From Antedon mediterranea (Eukaryota; Animalia; Echinodermata): a stretch of 64,000 nt of DNA. Where the stretch lies: positions 6,748,201 through 6,812,200 of the forward strand of contig NC_092670.1 in assembly GCF_964355755.1 (NCBI RefSeq). Reading direction: 5' to 3'. Below, in pieces: positions 40,501-48,010 of the stretch. The notes under the pieces were generated by a model. The model ran no database searches. It saw only the letters and a program-made list of their open reading frames with translations, and was not told the DNA's origin. Position 1 is the first letter of the stretch, and every line of letters starts with the position of its first letter. The position numbers and the translations under genes were made by a program.

Positions 40501-43322
40501 ATAGCATCTTGATTTGAATTGACCTTTTATTCCACGCTCATTTATATAGCACACACTCTTTGGGAAATATGAGTAAACCAACTGATAACTACAAAAACGT
40601 ATTAGGCCTACGTATTGGAAAAGAAGAGAATTGTAAACAAAAACACATTTTATTTTCATTTAGAATTTTTATGGAGATGATAAGCTTCCTTCACCGGACT
40701 TAGCAAAGTACATAACATACATTGGTCTTGGTGTTTCAATTGTTTGTTTAATTGCAACCATATTTACCTTTACAACAAACAGGTAAGGCTTAGTTCATAG
40801 CAACATGTTATTACTACAAGTTTGAGTTTGTATACAAATGTACTTTATTTCTAAAAATTCAAATTTGCTCAATTGAGCTCAGATCTTAACACTGGTCATC
40901 AGACACAATTTTGATTACCTATATGTATGATCCTAGTGATCATTGTATCACCAGGAGTATTCAGTAATGTATTGCTGCAATACAAGTTTACTGCAAACAT
41001 TTATTGCTGCAATACAAATTTACTTATAACAATACAGTATAAACAGTATAGCATTTCTTTTATTAAGAATAAATTGTGTATTCCAAAAATCAGAATTTTG
41101 ATGATTTGTATTATTAATTAATTATGAAAAAAATGATGCATTGTTTTGTTTCAAAACAACTGAAATTCCAAAGCTCTAATAATGAATTGACCGAGTTCTA
41201 TCATCTACAGAGTCTTGTAACAAGTCTTTTGATTTTTTTTGTCAAAAGGAAAATCCTGAAATCTATTAAGCATCAACCTACAACTCTACTCTCCAAATGC
41301 TTAATTCAATTTTGTGATGTTCCTTTTAAATTTCCAGGAAGCTACGAAGGAGTAAACCACAGCAGATCTTATGCCACTTATGTGTATCATTACTCTTCTT
41401 GTATTTTATCTTTCTTTTTGGAATTGACAAAACAAAAAAAGAGAGCACTTGTACGGCCATCGCTGGACTGATTCACTATTTTTTGCTCACATCTATCTTT
41501 TGGATGTCTGTGCAGGCAATTAATATGTATTATTCATTTGTTAAAGTTTATAACACACATGTTTCTAGATTTTTTGTGAAAGCCTGTCTTTTTGCTTGGG
41601 GTAAGTAGCTCATCACCCTTACTGTGTTATTAACTTACTAATGCCACATTTATTAATGTACACACACATTATAAGCATGCTTAAAGATCAATTACATACT
41701 TCTTATTTTCTTTCAGATATATTATAATACAGTGATTTAAAATTTACACGACAAAGAAACACACATGTTTCTTAAAATGTTCAAACAAAATGCTATGAAC
41801 AATATTAAAGTAGTTAGGTAGTTCAACCTTATGTTAACATATTTTGTGACTACCAAAACAATGAACATTAAACGTTCAATAAACGTTGGTGGATAATTTA
41901 TGGTATACTGTAGCATGAAATAAAATCTGGAAGTCAATGTATACATCAAAAACATACATAATGTTTAATGCCTAATACAAAGTTATGAAATTATTAGATC
42001 AATAATTATTTTAACGTATAATGATATAGAAATGCTTTACTCTTGCACCTTTTATTTAAATTCTAGGGAAAATTAGTTTAGGCAATGCTTCATCTGTTAC
42101 ATTTTGAAACCATCATTATACCAATATTTAATCATTGGGCCGCATCTTTGTACGCAGTGGGAAATGATAAATATATGCTTTATTTATTACTACTTTAAAC
42201 CACAGGACATATCAAACCATTAAAATTAATATTCAAAGAAGGGAAAAAGGGGTGAAAAAAAAATTATGAAAAAAATGATGCAAAATTCTCGTAGTAATAC
42301 AGTTGGTTTTTAATATGTAATGCAGACTGTTTGTTAATTATAGTTTATATAGCTTTTAAAATGTATTGATTACAGGTTTACCATCGGTGATTGTTGCGGT
42401 AACTGTTGGTGTTGACGTCGACAATTATGCCAATACAAAGCATTAGTAAGTGACAAGACCATTTAAAAAAGAATCCCTCTTTATTCTTCTTAACTCAAGC
42501 TTCTAACTGTGCTTATTCATGCTTTGCATCTCTAGTATTCATTATGATCGAGGCTCATTTGACGGATTTCCTTTACGGTTTTATATTATATATGTTTTCA
42601 TTGTCTTATATTGTAACTTTATAGTTGCCTCCAAATAAATATTGTTGTTTGTAGGCATATGCAGTACTATATTCTTTAATGTACAGTACTACAATACAGA
42701 ATAAACCACTTTTATTTATATCCACAATTTTTTTTTCAGTTGCTTTCTTGTTGTAACCCGTATGTATTATAGCGTAGCATTACCTATTGCCATCTTATTA
42801 CTCTTCAACGTGGTTGTATTTATTATGGTAATGTACAGTCTAAGTAAACTTGGTAACGTTGCAAAACAAGCTCACCGAATTCGGAAAAAAAACAAAGGCA
42901 TGCATTTACTACAGAATGCTGTGTGTATATCGGTAGTGATGGGAATGACGTGGCTTATTGGATTCTTTGCAATTGGTAGTGCCTCCGAGATGATCCAGAT
43001 ACTCTTTTGTATTTTGAATTCCTTTCAAGGATTTTTTATATTTCTTATGTATTGTTTAAGAAGTAAAGATATTCGTAAATTTTGGGTGGAAAAAACTCGT
43101 AATAGATTGAAATCAATGTCGTCAACTTTTAAAGGAACAAAAAACAGCACTCTGTATTCCAGTGGACGTAAAAGTAATTCAACGGGTTTGAACACATCTA
43201 AAAAAGTTCCCGAGTTTTCATCGAACCAAACAAGTTCAGATTTTAGAAATTATACAAATAGCAACCAGGTATCCTTTGCCAAATCTTCAAATGTTTCTAA
43301 TGACTTAAGTTATCGGAGATAA
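4280..43322 (+). CDS. Giant adhesion GPCR, 5'-incomplete: 42 HYR, EGF, Ig, SEA, HRM-like, GAIN/GPS, 7TM (56 exons, about 4,400 aa in window)
   Basis: All exons are bounded by AG/GT (one GC donor) and splice in frame to TAA at 43320-43322; GPS CVFWD...WSSAGC...CHCDHL|TNFAILM; secretin-class 7TM motifs HYFLL..IFWM and [13 protein letters not shown]. Confidence 0.93.
4698..4943 (+). CDS. aGPCR HYR exon 2 (type A)
   Basis: Phase 1-1, 246 nt, [11 protein letters not shown]. Confidence 0.9.
7107..7414 (-). repeat. 3' LTR (308 bp)
   Basis: Direct repeat of 11599-11898 with 1 substitution, one extra AG unit and a 6-bp TAGGCC indel; preceded on minus strand by PPT-like AGAGGGGAG. Confidence 0.95.
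7513..10659 (-). pseudogene. pol: Gypsy pol (protease, RT, RNase H, integrase), disrupted
   Basis: LVDTGA, YIDD, MVDAS, HHCC, HIDLVG/TTDRG/VERFH and GPF motifs; TAG at 9988-9990, frameshifts near 9560 and 8350. Confidence 0.93.
10635..11498 (-). CDS. gag: Gypsy gag
   Basis: Open 287 aa; [16 protein letters not shown] motif and C-terminal CWYH..YG..A.KC..PC knuckle. Confidence 0.9.
   Translation of the reverse strand: MNGIMARPSPGRATPIKMAARMDEAPPVAAAVSLKLPPFWPNDPLIWFAQVEAQFVTRGITAEETKYSYIIASLPPNIAQEVRDLLLSPPYQRPYTHLKSELVKRTSVSEQKRLHQLLTTEELGDRKLSQLLRKMYQLLGDRDLETSILKQLFVQRLPTNVQLILASTREDMDLSDLAALADKILEVSPPPPTIATTIKDTGARATSDELRELRAEVSKLTNLVSSLAKQVRGRSRSKQRESRKCSPSATSNDGLCWYHHRYGNKAHKCNSPCSFSSQKAGNDQASD
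10653..10659 (-). other. Probable -1 ribosomal frameshift site G GGA AAC between gag and pol
   Basis: XXXYYYZ heptamer in gag frame (A-G-N) just before the gag stop; pol is open in the -1 frame. Confidence 0.75.
11579..11596 (-). promoter_or_regulatory. Primer binding site for tRNA-Trp
   Basis: TGGTGACCCCGACGTGAT is complementary to the 3' 18 nt of animal tRNA-Trp(CCA) as recalled (ATCACGTCGGGGTCACCA); 2 nt from the 5' LTR. Confidence 0.88.
11599..11898 (-). repeat. 5' LTR (300 bp)
   Basis: Starts TGTAGAGG on minus strand, directly followed by the PBS. Confidence 0.95.
12685..12930 (+). CDS. aGPCR HYR exon 3 (type B)
   Basis: Phase 1-1, 246 nt. Confidence 0.9.
13218..13460 (+). CDS. aGPCR HYR exon 4 (type C)
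   Basis: Phase 1-1, 243 nt. Confidence 0.9.
13607..13849 (+). CDS. aGPCR HYR exon 5 (type D)
   Basis: Phase 1-1, 243 nt. Confidence 0.9.
13872..13918. repeat. 47-bp palindrome (23-bp perfect arms, 1-nt centre)
   Basis: ATATACATTTTAGTTGTAATATT-T-AATATTACAACTAAAATGTATAT. Confidence 0.9.
13966..14217 (+). CDS. aGPCR HYR exon 6 (type E)
   Basis: Phase 1-1, 252 nt. Confidence 0.9.
14575..14832 (+). CDS. aGPCR HYR exon 7 (type F)
   Basis: Phase 1-1, 258 nt. Confidence 0.9.
15022..15264 (+). CDS. aGPCR HYR exon 8 (type C)
   Basis: Phase 1-1, 243 nt. Confidence 0.9.
15418..15660 (+). CDS. aGPCR HYR exon 9 (type D)
   Basis: Phase 1-1, 243 nt. Confidence 0.9.
15748..15999 (+). CDS. aGPCR HYR exon 10 (type E)
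   Basis: Phase 1-1, 252 nt. Confidence 0.9.
16400..16657 (+). CDS. aGPCR HYR exon 11 (type F)
   Basis: Phase 1-1, 258 nt. Confidence 0.9.
16939..17181 (+). CDS. aGPCR HYR exon 12 (type G)
   Basis: Phase 1-1, 243 nt. Confidence 0.9.
17604..17843 (+). CDS. aGPCR HYR exon 13 (type H)
   Basis: Phase 1-1, 240 nt. Confidence 0.9.
18421..18663 (+). CDS. aGPCR HYR exon 14 (type A)
   Basis: Phase 1-1, 243 nt. Confidence 0.9.
19107..19352 (+). CDS. aGPCR HYR exon 15 (type B)
   Basis: Phase 1-1, 246 nt. Confidence 0.9.
19614..19856 (+). CDS. aGPCR HYR exon 16 (type C)
   Basis: Phase 1-1, 243 nt. Confidence 0.9.
20005..20247 (+). CDS. aGPCR HYR exon 17 (type D)
   Basis: Phase 1-1, 243 nt. Confidence 0.9.
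20334..20585 (+). CDS. aGPCR HYR exon 18 (type E)
   Basis: Phase 1-1, 252 nt. Confidence 0.9.
21216..21473 (+). CDS. aGPCR HYR exon 19 (type F)
   Basis: Phase 1-1, 258 nt; absent from the ORF track, found by homology to exons 7, 11 and 23. Confidence 0.88.
21817..22059 (+). CDS. aGPCR HYR exon 20 (type C)
   Basis: Phase 1-1, 243 nt. Confidence 0.9.
22205..22447 (+). CDS. aGPCR HYR exon 21 (type D)
   Basis: Phase 1-1, 243 nt. Confidence 0.9.
22538..22789 (+). CDS. aGPCR HYR exon 22 (type E)
   Basis: Phase 1-1, 252 nt. Confidence 0.9.
23126..23383 (+). CDS. aGPCR HYR exon 23 (type F)
   Basis: Phase 1-1, 258 nt. Confidence 0.9.
23666..23908 (+). CDS. aGPCR HYR exon 24 (type G)
   Basis: Phase 1-1, 243 nt. 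Confidence 0.9.
24286..24525 (+). CDS. aGPCR HYR exon 25 (type H)
   Basis: Phase 1-1, 240 nt. Confidence 0.9.
25043..25285 (+). CDS. aGPCR HYR exon 26 (type A)
   Basis: Phase 1-1, 243 nt. Confidence 0.9.
25554..25799 (+). CDS. aGPCR HYR exon 27 (type B)
   Basis: Phase 1-1, 246 nt. Confidence 0.9.
25984..26226 (+). CDS. aGPCR HYR exon 28
   Basis: Phase 1-1, 243 nt. Confidence 0.9.
26412..26657 (+). CDS. aGPCR HYR exon 29
   Basis: Phase 1-1, 246 nt. Confidence 0.9.
27025..27270 (+). CDS. aGPCR HYR exon 30
   Basis: Phase 1-1, 246 nt. Confidence 0.9.
27570..27818 (+). CDS. aGPCR HYR exon 31
   Basis: Phase 1-1, 249 nt. Confidence 0.9.
28104..28346 (+). CDS. aGPCR HYR exon 32
   Basis: Phase 1-1, 243 nt. 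Confidence 0.9.
28539..28787 (+). CDS. aGPCR HYR exon 33
   Basis: Phase 1-1, 249 nt. Confidence 0.9.
29239..29490 (+). CDS. aGPCR HYR exon 34
   Basis: Phase 1-1, 252 nt. Confidence 0.88.
29765..30010 (+). CDS. aGPCR HYR exon 35
   Basis: Phase 1-1, 246 nt. Confidence 0.9.
30259..30501 (+). CDS. aGPCR HYR exon 36
   Basis: Phase 1-1, 243 nt. Confidence 0.9.
31103..31363 (+). CDS. aGPCR HYR exon 37
   Basis: Phase 1-1, 261 nt. Confidence 0.9.
31904..32146 (+). CDS. aGPCR HYR exon 38
   Basis: Phase 1-1, 243 nt. Confidence 0.9.
32646..32897 (+). CDS. aGPCR HYR exon 39
   Basis: Phase 1-1, 252 nt. Confidence 0.9.
33046..33294 (+). CDS. aGPCR HYR exon 40 (diverged F-like)
   Basis: Phase 1-1, 249 nt; shares the SGTG.QYNQSG insert with type F exons. 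Confidence 0.9.
33427..33669 (+). CDS. aGPCR HYR exon 41
   Basis: Phase 1-1, 243 nt. Confidence 0.9.
33794..34033 (+). CDS. aGPCR HYR exon 42 (GC splice donor)
   Basis: 240 nt; ends AG|GCAAGT in phase 1. Confidence 0.82.
34431..34544 (+). CDS. aGPCR EGF-like domain exon
   Basis: [38 protein letters not shown], six Cys, phase 1-1. Confidence 0.92.
34866..35132 (+). CDS. aGPCR immunoglobulin domain exon
   Basis: VTFEC...WYKD...LTI...NQGYYYC, phase 1-1, 267 nt. Confidence 0.9.
35350..36245. repeat. Intronic 33-bp minisatellite, about 19 copies
   Basis: Unit TAATAACACTCAGACATACGTGTTAATGCCATG; interrupted by a MITE. Confidence 0.95.
35867..36134. mobile_element. PIF/Harbinger-type MITE (268 bp)
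   Basis: TIR AGCCTGGTTTCCAT(T)AAAATCGCTACA; 3-bp TSD TTA; neighbouring minisatellite units show the empty site. Confidence 0.88.
36733..36845 (+). CDS. aGPCR SEA domain exon a
   Basis: [24 protein letters not shown] is a typical SEA N-half; phase 1-0. Confidence 0.85.
37153..37354 (+). CDS. aGPCR SEA domain exon b
   Basis: [13 protein letters not shown]; phase 0-1. Confidence 0.88.
37497..37598 (+). CDS. aGPCR HRM-like exon a
   Basis: [28 protein letters not shown]; phase 1-1. Confidence 0.8.
37900..38027 (+). CDS. aGPCR HRM-like exon b / GAIN start
   Basis: [23 protein letters not shown]; phase 1-0. Confidence 0.82.
38596..38745 (+). CDS. aGPCR GAIN subdomain A exon
   Basis: [19 protein letters not shown] helical pattern; phase 0-0. 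Confidence 0.85.
38862..39228 (+). CDS. aGPCR GAIN exon
   Basis: [10 protein letters not shown]...VAVQ...ASVSIYIP; phase 0-1. Confidence 0.88.
39443..39618 (+). CDS. aGPCR GAIN subdomain B exon
   Basis: [13 protein letters not shown]...NGQVISLSI...[10 protein letters not shown]; phase 1-0. Confidence 0.9.
40218..40382 (+). CDS. aGPCR GPS exon with tethered agonist (Stachel)
   Basis: CVFWDF...GGWSSAGC...CHCDHL|TNFAILM; phase 0-0. Confidence 0.95.
40664..40782 (+). CDS. aGPCR TM1 exon
   Basis: [21 protein letters not shown]; phase 0-2. Confidence 0.92.
41338..41600 (+). CDS. aGPCR TM2-TM4a exon
   Basis: [10 protein letters not shown]...[19 protein letters not shown]...AWG; phase 2-1. Confidence 0.93.
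42376..42445 (+). CDS. aGPCR TM4b/ECL2 exon
   Basis: [18 protein letters not shown]; phase 1-2. Confidence 0.9.
42740..43322 (+). CDS. aGPCR last coding exon (TM5-7, Ser/Thr-rich tail)
   Basis: YCFL...PIAILLLFN...MGMTW...NSFQGFFIF; stop TAA. Confidence 0.93.
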
Positions 43323-44524
43323 CAATTCAACACATGGTTACAAAAAACCTGTTTTCACCGCTTCCTTTCCTTCAGATACCTTATAACTGCAATTTTACTC
43401 CTTTTAAAGTATTGTTAATGTTTTTATAAAGCCGTTTTTATTTTAATAGCCTCCATTCTTTCTCCGTAATAATTTTAATGATATTTATAATTGAAAATTC
43501 CTCATTTTCTTCCTCAAATATTCCTCATTAATTATAATAGATAATAATCAATGTGTTTAGCTTTTCTAAAAAATATAATGAACATTTGTATAATATGTGC
43601 ACTTATTACGTTATTATTACTATTGTAATGTATTATGATATAAATATATAAACATTATCTTCCAATATATAATATTTTAGTTAAATTATATATTGGTATC
43701 ATTATTATGTCTTATTTTAATAGTGCTTTTGCGCTTCACATTATTACTCGGAATTACATAATGTATATTGACATGCTCCTAAGTATAATTATATATCTGT
43801 ATATACAATTACTATAAAACGATATTTTACCAAAAATGTTACATTATTCAGATTTGATAATTATTATATTTTACTAACATTTTATTAATAACTTATTATT
43901 CTGTATTACATATACGCTGTTTTTGATAATCAATTTTAATTAGAATTATAGAATGCTGTTTCACCCGATAACACACCTCCTAAAGACCACATGATAACAA
44001 AACCTCCTAAAGACATGTTTGTTGATTTTGCTTTTTTAATGAATTGTAAGATATTATGAGATATTAAGACATGGATTAGACAGACATGTAAAAGGAAATA
44101 CTGTATAACAATGTACTATACAACAATGTACTGTATAGCAATGTACCGTAATAATCTATTTTTGTTCGACACAAAATATATGCTCCAGTTTGATACACTG
44201 TAAAAACAGTGTTTAGCTGTTAAACATAAAATACACGTATCAACCCTAAACATGTTTAGCATTGTGTTTAATTTTAAAACACATAAACACATTTCTAAAC
44301 ATTTCATGTGTTTAGATTCTAAACACAGCCGTTTATACAACAATATTTCAATGTGTTTAGCTTTTTTAGAATAGGATATTGCAACGTTAACATTTTTTCT
44401 AAACACATTTCTAAGCACGTCCTAAACACCAGTGTTTAAGTTGTATACGCCTCTTGTGTTTAATATTTGTTCGTGCTTAGTATATATTATGTTTAGAAAA
44501 ATTAACGTTTGAATCTTAAACATG

Positions 44525-45055
44525 ATTGTGTTTAATAAAACAAACTTACATGTTTAATATTTGTTTGTGCTTATTAAAATTGGTGTTTAGAAATGAAAGT
44601 GTTTCTTTAAATTATGTTTAGAGAATTTACGTTTCAAATCTAAACACCACTGTGTTTAATAACACACTTATTGTGTTTAATATTTGTTTGTGCTTACTAA
44701 AATTGGTGTTTAGAAGTGAAAGTGTTTGTTTAAATTATGTTTAGAGAATTTACGTTTCAAATCTAAACACTACTGTGTTTAATAACACACTTATTGTGTT
44801 TAATATTAATTGTTTGTGCTTACTAAAATTGGTGTTTAGAAGTGAAAGTGTTTGTTTAAATTATGTTTAGAGAATTTACGTTTCAAATCTAAACACCACT
44901 GTGTTTAATAACACACTTATTGTGTTTAATTTTGTTTGTGCTTACTAAAATTTGTGTTTAGAAGTGGGAGCGTTTGTTTAAATTATTCTTAGAGAATTTA
45001 CGTTTAAAATCTGAACACCACTGTGTTTCATAACATTACTTATTGTATTTAATAT
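44525..45055. repeat. Left subterminal tandem repeat, about 123 bp x 4
   Basis: Marker CT(A/G)AACAC recurs at 44640, 44763, 44889, 45011. Confidence 0.88.
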
Positions 45056-45306
45056 TTTTATTATGCTGGCATGCATTTGGAAATGTGTATTGGATTGAAT
45101 AGATCCATTTAGTTTGGTAAATTGTTTGTTGGATTGATAAGTTCTGCTATTTCGATTTACGGTACCAACATGTTGTTTTGGAAAGTTAATAGATCCATTT
45201 AGATACGTTTTATTATATTATAATTTGATTAATAGAGTAAATTGATGCATCGGTTTCGACCAAAATACACCACATTTCCCATCCTTTTACCACACGCCGT
45301 GCATCA

Positions 45307-45342
45307 CCCCCCCCCCCCCCCCCACCACACACACACACACAC
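45307..45342. repeat. Poly(C) plus (CA)n microsatellite
   Basis: Seen directly. Confidence 0.85.
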
Positions 45343-45401
45343 TGAAAATGATTGATCATGATGCATCAAAATACAGTTGATACCATTGATTCTCATGGTA
45401 T

Positions 45402-46379
45402 TAGACTTGCCCCAAGTCTGTATTGTTTTTTATTTTTATTTATTTGTTTTTATTTCGACCGCGATTTTTGTCTGAAAATACAGACTTGTGAAACACGTAT
45501 AGAAATCGATTTGCAGACCGCAAACATCAAATAAGAATGACGTAGGTTATCATACCGTATTTGGCTATATGGGGCGGGCGGTATGTAAATATGGATTTCG
45601 AATCAACCAATGATCATTTTGTTTCAAAATGAAAAAGATCGAGTACGTACAGTGCTGAATGTACGATCGAGACTGTTGAAATATGAAATCGTGTTGCCAA
45701 GTTGTTTTGTTTATTAATTGTTTAGTCCTTAGCCTAGGCCTCCTTCGTAGGTCCTACTCAACTCGCACGTATGACCTGCCAAATAAAACACCAATAAGGT
45801 AGGCCTACATACCACCACCGACACACAACAGGATTCACACACAACAGACAGGGCTACACCAGTCCAGGGAGTTGTACACCACTACACAGAACAGGACAGG
45901 GTCTGGGTGGGAATTAAATCAAATTATCTCCGCGTAATAATGATCCATTCAATGTTTGATTTGCGGAGAAGCAAGACGAGTTTTCTTGGGAAAAATCCCA
46001 TCAAATGTTTACCAGACTACTACTAGGCATACGGTATAAAATCATTTCTAGCCTTCAGAAACTTTCATTAATGTACCCAAGTACACATTGTCTAAACGTA
46101 ACATAGCACATGCGTACCTTCTTAGTTGTTGAGTCTTTGAAATTCTGAAACATGAATATTAAAACAGTGTACGAGTGAGTAGCCAATCGCATGCAGCTGA
46201 AACTAGTCAACCGGATAATCTATGCACCAAGAATTCTTGGTGTCAAACCACGTGACTTTTGCGTGTTTCCCCAGACGGAGTATCCAAACTCAAGTAATAC
46301 ACGTATGAAACGCCATATGTGCAAAAATATTTATATTTTTACTAATATTAAGAAAAAACTCCGTCTGGAGCCCAGACTA
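45402..46379. mobile_element. Non-autonomous AcademH-like element, copy 1 (978 bp)
   Basis: TAG...CTA termini with terminal hairpins; perfect 9-bp TSD TCATGGTAT; second copy at 58076-59001. Confidence 0.85.
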
Positions 46380-48010
46380 TCATGGTATATGATGATTTTG
46401 GCATGACCAATTTACAATTAAAAATATTAATTATTTACATAAACACATATTTCATAACTAATATAAACACTTTATGGCATTAAGATTATAATTTACGCTA
46501 TAAATGTTTATAAAATAATAAAATACTGTCTATATATACATACAATAGCAACACCCCAAGGAACGACTGATTATGATTGATGAGGAGAAAAACCCGCGAA
46601 TCTAGTGCGCGCCCTTTTAGCAGAAGCCGTTGAGTTGGATGGGAGTGGTGTCGGGAAGGTGAAACAAAAACCTTTCTAATTCTTAGCTTTACGTTGATTG
46701 AAGTAATCATATATTGCAGGTAAGTTATTTCACATTGTTTGTATTGGTAATATGTATATAGTGATTATATTAAATTTGCCTTTTAGAATAATAGAGTTGC
46801 TTGCCGATGTCTTGTATAGCCGGCCTAGTTTTGGCCAACGGTCGACAACAGCAGCAACGAGAGTATACGGTAGGTGAAAAGCAAAGAAATCGGCAAACCT
46901 AGAAATCGCCCATCCCACTATCGATAATACAATCTTTCTTAGTTTTAATACAGTTAATAATAGTCGAGAGGAAAAATTGAAAACAGCACTATGGTCATGT
47001 TACTTGAGTTGTCAAAACAATATATCCTAACCCTGTAGATTATTTGATAAAAATCATAGAAAGTACTAAGTAGGAAACGGGGTAGGAAACCTTTCCATTT
47101 CTTCCCTGAGTGAATATTAGGAACTGGACTCAAAAAGTATTTACTTATTTTTCTAGACTAGGCCATAGCTCCTTCATAGGCTATGATCATGTTAATGTCA
47201 TTTAATGTATTACTGTTATAATTTTATAGGAAAAAAGAAAGGAAATTAAATATTTTCATTTAGAATGAGGACAAGAATTAGGAGAGAGAAATCACTCAAG
47301 CATTACTATCCTCAATTTGCTAGAGTAAGCTGAATTCTTTGAGAATGAATCAGCTGAATGATTGATCACTAAAAGGTCAAGGGTTGTTGCCACAAAATAT
47401 CTAGTGTATAGTATTGTGTAAAAATAGATTGCAAATATACTGTATTTGTGAGGTAGGCCTATGGGCCTGTTTCTGCTGCATAAAAAATAACCGATTAAAA
47501 TCGGTGTGAATAAATTAACTCCATTTTCTTGGCAGCAGAAACAGGACACATTTGTGGTAACCGGTTAAAAGGCAGCGCAAAATAACCGGTTAAAAACACC
47601 AATTTAAATTGGTGTTAGAACGCCGTTTAACCGGTTATCGCTGAGCAATTCTTAGCTGCAACACGAAATAACGGTTATTTGATTGACAGTTGTGACCCCG
47701 GGTCAGATACCGTCGCATACGATGTGTGTTTTCCTCGTGGTTTTGACAGTCGAACGAAGAAGTGAACATGTATGTGGATGAATGAAATCACAAGATATGT
47801 TATTCAGTTGAGAGAAAGTACGGGGAAGGATGGCAGGCAATAGAAAAGAATCACAGATAATAAATAAGAGCATTTTTGCGAAAGTAAAAGAGGAGTTTGG
47901 GGTGGAGTTCCGGGGACTACCCAAGCTAAGCAATTTGAGGCGTTAGTACACGCTCGCGAAGGGTATGGATGGTCCTATATAAACACCAAAACGGAAACAA
48001 AAGGAACTCA

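Noticed and set aside
46191-46406. Conserved 71-80 aa ORF pair (also 58825-59067)
   Set aside because: Similarity comes from two copies of one non-autonomous element; the ORFs run out through its terminus.
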